Shown here in pieces: positions 25,879 to 32,000 of a stretch of DNA of 32,000 bases. The notes under the pieces were generated by a model that had not been told where the DNA came from, did no database searches, and was given only the letters and a program-made list of their open reading frames with translations. The translations under genes and the position numbers were made by a program. Position 1 is the first letter of the stretch; each line of letters opens with the position of its first letter. Source of the DNA: an uncultured archaeon (GTDB lineage: Archaea; Iainarchaeota; Iainarchaeia; Iainarchaeales; 0-14-0-20-30-16); the NCBI GenBank assembly GCA_964480435.1, contig CAYZSS010000006.1:7340-39339 (forward strand). Reading direction: 5' to 3'.

Positions 25879-26988
25879 TTAATTTTTTTCCAAGTTTTTT
25901 ATTATTTCAGAATACATTCCTGTTGGAATAGATTTTCCTATTTTTGGGGGGCAACCGCAATTAAAAGTGCCTACTCTGTTGTAATTCTCACAATTTTTCC
26001 AAATGCTTCCAAATACAGTGACATCATCACCAGGGCATCTTAATACAGTTCCGGTAAGTGTGACATACATCCCACACGCAATTTGGTTGCAAGGCATAAC
26101 TCCTGCATAAGAGGAAACGCCCTCTTTTTGTATTTGTTCTAATGTTTGTATTCCCTTTTCAATATTCCAATTGTAAATTTTTGTATATAACTCTACAAGT
26201 TTCTTTTTGCAGGGGGTTATTTTATCCCATTGATATTTTTCAGCACATCTTCCTGAAATCATTGTGGGGGTAATAATTGCGCATAGATTTCTAATTCTTG
26301 CCCATTTATACATTTCAAATAAATTATCGTAATTTTGTTTTGTTATTGGGTTCATTGCTAAACATAATTTAGTTGGATTAGTTTTGTTAAATCCAGCATC
26401 AACCAATAGTGTTAATGCTTTATTTCTTTTTAGAGTGTAGCCTTTAACATTCCCAACCATTTTGTCTTGAATTTCTGTATCGAAAGAATTAAATCCAAGA
26501 AGTATGGTTACATTTAGTTTTTTTAATTCTTTTGCTAGTTGTTTTCCCGTTGTGATTCCATAAAGAGAATTCCATTTTTTTGCAAGTGTATCGTCGCCTA
26601 TTACTGTTCCTTTAGTAAATATTACTGGAATTATTTTTTCAGAATGTAAAAATCTTAAAAATTCTATAAATCGTTTATCTTCAAAAGGTTCTCCTGCTCC
26701 TAAGAATTTAACTGATTTTAGACCGAGTTTTTTTGCGTCTTTAATTAGTTTAATAATATCGTCATAACCCATTTGTTTTTGTTTTCCTGTGTTAACTTTA
26801 TTATTTCTTCTAAAGCAGTGTGGACAATTTAAACTACAATAATTTCCAAAATCAATATCTAAAGTTAGTATCTTTCCTTTATTTTGTTTTATCACTTTCT
26901 CAGAGAACGCCCAGCCATTTGCTGTGTTAACGAGATTTTTAGGAAATTTGTTTTTGAAAATAACTGGGATCTTTGGAATTACTTGCAT
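25879..26988 (-). CDS. Radical SAM enzyme with C-terminal Cys-rich SPASM/twitch-like extension, substrate unknown
   Basis: NYCSLNCPHCF (C-x3-C-x2-C) and a GAGEPF glycine-rich SAM motif. The C-terminal CGMYVTLTGTVLRC fits C-x9-15-G-x4-C, followed by CENYNRVGTFNCGC. Confidence 0.8.
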   Translation of the reverse strand: MQVIPKIPVIFKNKFPKNLVNTANGWAFSEKVIKQNKGKILTLDIDFGNYCSLNCPHCFRRNNKVNTGKQKQMGYDDIIKLIKDAKKLGLKSVKFLGAGEPFEDKRFIEFLRFLHSEKIIPVIFTKGTVIGDDTLAKKWNSLYGITTGKQLAKELKKLNVTILLGFNSFDTEIQDKMVGNVKGYTLKRNKALTLLVDAGFNKTNPTKLCLAMNPITKQNYDNLFEMYKWARIRNLCAIITPTMISGRCAEKYQWDKITPCKKKLVELYTKIYNWNIEKGIQTLEQIQKEGVSSYAGVMPCNQIACGMYVTLTGTVLRCPGDDVTVFGSIWKNCENYNRVGTFNCGCPPKIGKSIPTGMYSEIIKNLEKN

Positions 26989-27115
26989 AATATATAATTT
27001 TTATAACCTTTTAAATATCTTTTGTTTAAGTTTTCTTAAAAATAATTAGAACCCAAAAAGGGTTTAGGGAAATAATCCCCTATTGTTTGTTGTGTTATAT
27101 TTATTTCTTCCAAGA

Positions 27116-27176
27116 AAGCTTTTTGCTGAAAAAGCAAAAAGTTTCAGGGCTGAAAAAATTTCCAATGTGGAAATTT
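27116..27176 (-). terminator. Two consecutive stem-loops with T-runs on the minus strand, directly after the 54-aa small ORF
   Basis: AAATTTCCA-atg-TGGAAATTT (27156-27176) is a perfect 9-bp stem overlapping the stop, followed on the minus strand by TTTTTT. CTTTTTGC-N7-GCAAAAAG (27119-27141) extends to about 11 bp with one G-T pair and is followed by TTTCTT. Confidence 0.55.
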
Positions 27177-27339
27177 ATTTCTTCTTTAACATTGGTAATC
27201 CAGTTCTTTGATTTTCTACTACTTTGTATCCTACTGGTAATTCAATTCCTAACTTAGGATCTTTTGAAAAGTAGAATAACCTTCCTTTTTGATGTAAATA
27301 ATATGTTAATCCTTTACTATTTTTATGACTATATCCCAT
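27175..27339 (-). CDS. Unannotated 54-aa small protein with strong Shine-Dalgarno
   Basis: Codon-by-codon hand translation: MGYSHKNSKGLTYYLHQKGRLFYFSKDPKLGIELPVGYKVVENQRTGLPMLKKK. GGAGG (complement of 27348-27352) lies 8 nt upstream of the ATG. Terminator-like hairpins follow. It falls below the track length cut-off. Confidence 0.6.
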   Translation of the reverse strand: MGYSHKNSKGLTYYLHQKGRLFYFSKDPKLGIELPVGYKVVENQRTGLPMLKKK

Positions 27340-27437
27340 TGAGAATTCCTCCGTAATTGTTTACGTATAAAATACTTCGTATTCCTTAATAAACTTATCG
27401 CTTTTTTATTCATAATTATGAAGAAACGGTGGTAACT

Positions 27438-28823
27438 TTGAAGGTATATAACTCTCTCAGCAAAAAAGAAACCCCGCTCAGATTGGGAAAAGAGGTAAAA
27501 ATGTATACCTGTGGGCCCACTGTTTACAATTATGCGCACATAGGCAATATAAGAACCTTTATTTTTGGTGATTTAGTTTACAAATATCTGAAATATAAAG
27601 GTTATAAAATTAAATATGTAAGGAATTACACTGATATTGACGATAAAACTATAAAAGGAAGCATAGAAAAAAATCAAAGTTTGGAAGAATATACTAATTT
27701 TTACATAAAAGAATTTGAAAAAGATTGTGCACTTATTAGACTAAGTGACCCTGATGTGAAACCAAGGCCTACAAAAATCATAAAAGACATTGTAGATTTT
27801 ATTAATGACCTTATACAATCAGAATATGCTTACAAAGCAGAGGATGGCTCTACCTATTTTAATATTTCTAAATGTAAAAATTATGGGCAACTTAATAATA
27901 TTAAATATAAAGAACTAAAGAAAGGGGCAAGCAATAGGTTAAATTTAGATGAATACGAAAAAGAGAGCGCCTCGGATTTTGTATTATGGAAAGCCTGGAA
28001 ACCAGAAGATGGCCCTGTTTTTTGGAACACTTCTTTGGGAAAAGGAAGACCTGGCTGGCATATAGAATGTTCAGTTATGTGTTATAAGTATTTAGGAAAA
28101 ACAGCAGACATCCATATCGGTGGGGAGGATTTGAAATTTCCGCACCATGAAAATGAAATTGCCCAGAGCGAGTCACATAATGGGGTGAAATATGTTAATT
28201 ACTGGCTGCATCCAAATCTGCTTACTGTGAATGGCAAAAAAATGGGCAAAAGCTTTGGTAATGTTTATACTATTCGGGAAATAATGGAGAAAGTTAACTC
28301 TCCGCTATCAATAAAATTGTATTATTATCTTTCAAATTATAGGTCAACAATGGATTTTAATTTTAATGAGCTTTTGGACTCTGACCAAAAACTACTAAAT
28401 ATGAATAAAACAATAAAACGCCTACAAGGTTATTACAGTAAAGCTAAGCAGGGTGTGGAATATAAAAAAACAATAAAAAATTGTTTGAAAAAAATAGAAA
28501 CTGCAATGGATAATAACTTTAATACAAGAGAAGCAATGACCAATCTATTTGAAATGTTTAATAACATTAATAGAAATATGTCTGAAGGAACACTGTCAAT
28601 AAGTAATGCTAAATTTACTTTGCAAATTTTAAAGTCAATTGATAATATCTTTGGATTCTTTGAATTTGGAGATAAAACAAGTGATAGAATAACAAAGCTA
28701 GTAATTAAGAGACAAACATATAGGCTAAACAAAGATTATGTTAAAGCGGATGAAATGCGTGATAAGCTTAAAGGCTATTTTGTTGAAGACTATAGCAAGG
28801 GTGCATTTTCTGTATATAAATAG
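27438..28823 (+). CDS. cysS: Cysteinyl-tRNA synthetase
   Basis: [20 protein letters not shown] (HIGH motif), WHIECS and KMGKSFGN (KMSKS motif). The track starts at GTG 27429. I prefer TTG 27438, because GGTGGTAACT precedes it exactly as the same 10-mer precedes the cdc48 ATG, and it gives the N-terminus [11 protein letters not shown]. Confidence 0.9.
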   Translation: MKVYNSLSKKETPLRLGKEVKMYTCGPTVYNYAHIGNIRTFIFGDLVYKYLKYKGYKIKYVRNYTDIDDKTIKGSIEKNQSLEEYTNFYIKEFEKDCALIRLSDPDVKPRPTKIIKDIVDFINDLIQSEYAYKAEDGSTYFNISKCKNYGQLNNIKYKELKKGASNRLNLDEYEKESASDFVLWKAWKPEDGPVFWNTSLGKGRPGWHIECSVMCYKYLGKTADIHIGGEDLKFPHHENEIAQSESHNGVKYVNYWLHPNLLTVNGKKMGKSFGNVYTIREIMEKVNSPLSIKLYYYLSNYRSTMDFNFNELLDSDQKLLNMNKTIKRLQGYYSKAKQGVEYKKTIKNCLKKIETAMDNNFNTREAMTNLFEMFNNINRNMSEGTLSISNAKFTLQILKSIDNIFGFFEFGDKTSDRITKLVIKRQTYRLNKDYVKADEMRDKLKGYFVEDYSKGAFSVYK

Positions 28824-28912
28824 CCCTTCTACATAACGTTTATAAATAGTTTGTATTACAGTGTTAGTATACAAAAACCTTTTTTTAAATTTTTATTTTT
28901 GGGGTGGTAACT

Positions 28913-31210
<2,298 letters not shown>

Positions 31211-31217
31211 TCTTGCA

Positions 31218-31239
31218 TTTCTTTTTTTTCTATTTTTTT
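31218..31239 (+). terminator. Oligo-T tracts after cdc48
   Basis: tttcttttttttctattttttt follows shortly after the stop at 31210. Confidence 0.4.
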
Positions 31240-31324
31240 GTAAAATTACCTAGTTTTTAGTAACTTATTTAAGATAATCTTACCTCTTATATATTCTATT
31301 AGTGAATATTATTTGGTGGATAAG

Positions 31325-32000
31325 ATGAAAAAAGGTTATTTGTTTTTAGGTTTGTTATTAGTTTTGATTCTTTGTTTTGGGCTTTATTTTGGTTATTCAA
31401 CAGATGGGTATTTTTCTATACCACTAAAAAAAACTACTGTAATTTCTAATGTAAATAAAATAGTTTTGGATAATAATATAGAAATTAAAGCAATTGATAA
31501 AAATCAGGACTCTAGCCCAGCACCATCAAATATTACTTTAGTTGATGAGGACACAATAAATCCAAAATTTTTGTGTACTATTTTGGGGCAAAAAGATAGT
31601 TCTGATGGTTCCTTTTACTGTAAAGATTATGATTCATTCGCAATAGGTTATTATTCAAATTCTGAGCCAACTTTTTATTACTATAAAAATACAAAAATGA
31701 CTATTAATCCCGGTTGTAATGTTGTTTATGATGAATGTAAGGATTCAAGATTTTTGTGGAATAGCTTTTGTAGAGTAATTAATGCACAATTAAACCGATA
31801 TAAAAGTGAAGATCCAGAAACAACATATAGTTATTATCCTGAAAGAGAATTAATTGACTGTAAATCTTATGGGGAGAATTATACTTGTCATCTTGGCAAA
31901 TGTCTTTCAAATTGTGGTAACACTGTTTTAAATTCCGGGGAAGAATGTGATGATGGAAATAATAATGAAAATGATAACTGCTCTAATGACTGTAAATTGC
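31325..32000 (+). CDS. Secreted or membrane-anchored cysteine-rich protein (partial, continues past the window) entering a CxxxGEECDDGN-type cysteine-rich repeat
   Basis: Hand-translated: MKKGYLFLGLLLVLILCFGLYFG... with GGTGGA SD. Many Cys residues. The window ends in CGNTVLNSGEECDDGNNNENDNCSNDCKL, which matches the Myxococcus-type cysteine-rich repeat pattern (CGDG...GEeCDDGN...DGCs.dC). Confidence 0.65.
   Translation, partial: MKKGYLFLGLLLVLILCFGLYFGYSTDGYFSIPLKKTTVISNVNKIVLDNNIEIKAIDKNQDSSPAPSNITLVDEDTINPKFLCTILGQKDSSDGSFYCKDYDSFAIGYYSNSEPTFYYYKNTKMTINPGCNVVYDECKDSRFLWNSFCRVINAQLNRYKSEDPETTYSYYPERELIDCKSYGENYTCHLGKCLSNCGNTVLNSGEECDDGNNNENDNCSNDCKL

Noticed and set aside
27306-27539. 77-aa minus-strand track ORF overlapping the cysS 5' end
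   Set aside because: It is antisense to the conserved HIGH region of cysS and has no SD. The 54-aa ORF at 27175-27339, in a different frame with GGAGG and terminator hairpins, explains this region better.

Overview
AT-rich archaeal chromosome segment of roughly 30% G+C (judged by eye and a few hand-counted slices). Archaeal origin is shown by the DNA polymerase D operon (DP1 and DP2), Cdc48/VAT, Ogg2, and the TrmB and Lrp regulators. The low G+C, compact SD-led or leaderless genes and large cysteine-rich surface proteins fit an uncultivated small-genome (DPANN-like) archaeon, but lineage cannot be proven from this window. No rRNA, tRNA, CRISPR array or recognisable mobile element was found. 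Housekeeping block (19.6-31.2 kb): polD small and large subunits, endonuclease III and Ogg2 in one tight operon, then a SPASM/twitch radical SAM gene, cysS and cdc48. Accessory, regulator-dense block (0-19.5 kb): three TrmB paralogs, two paralogous fused-dimer Lrp/AsnC regulators, two LivJ-type binding proteins with no ABC partner, a standalone class II aaRS core (AsnA-like), a GNAT, a COG1373 ATPase, a 1376-aa surface protein joining a transglutaminase-like core to a clan-CD (C25-like) peptidase module, an SSS transporter and a B12-radical SAM enzyme. Most interesting candidate: the uncharacterised locus at 15.3-17.3 kb, bracketed by the two fused Lrp paralogs. There a basic membrane-anchor ORF and a beta-strand-rich ORF meet at a G7 slippery tract and an ATGTAATG overlap. 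I also hand-called two small ORFs missing from the track (an RHH-like 53-aa ORF ATGA-coupled to the transporter, and a 54-aa SD-led ORF upstream of the SPASM radical SAM gene) and several palindromic or tandem operator-like elements. All functional calls rest on motif recognition by eye; no database search was run.
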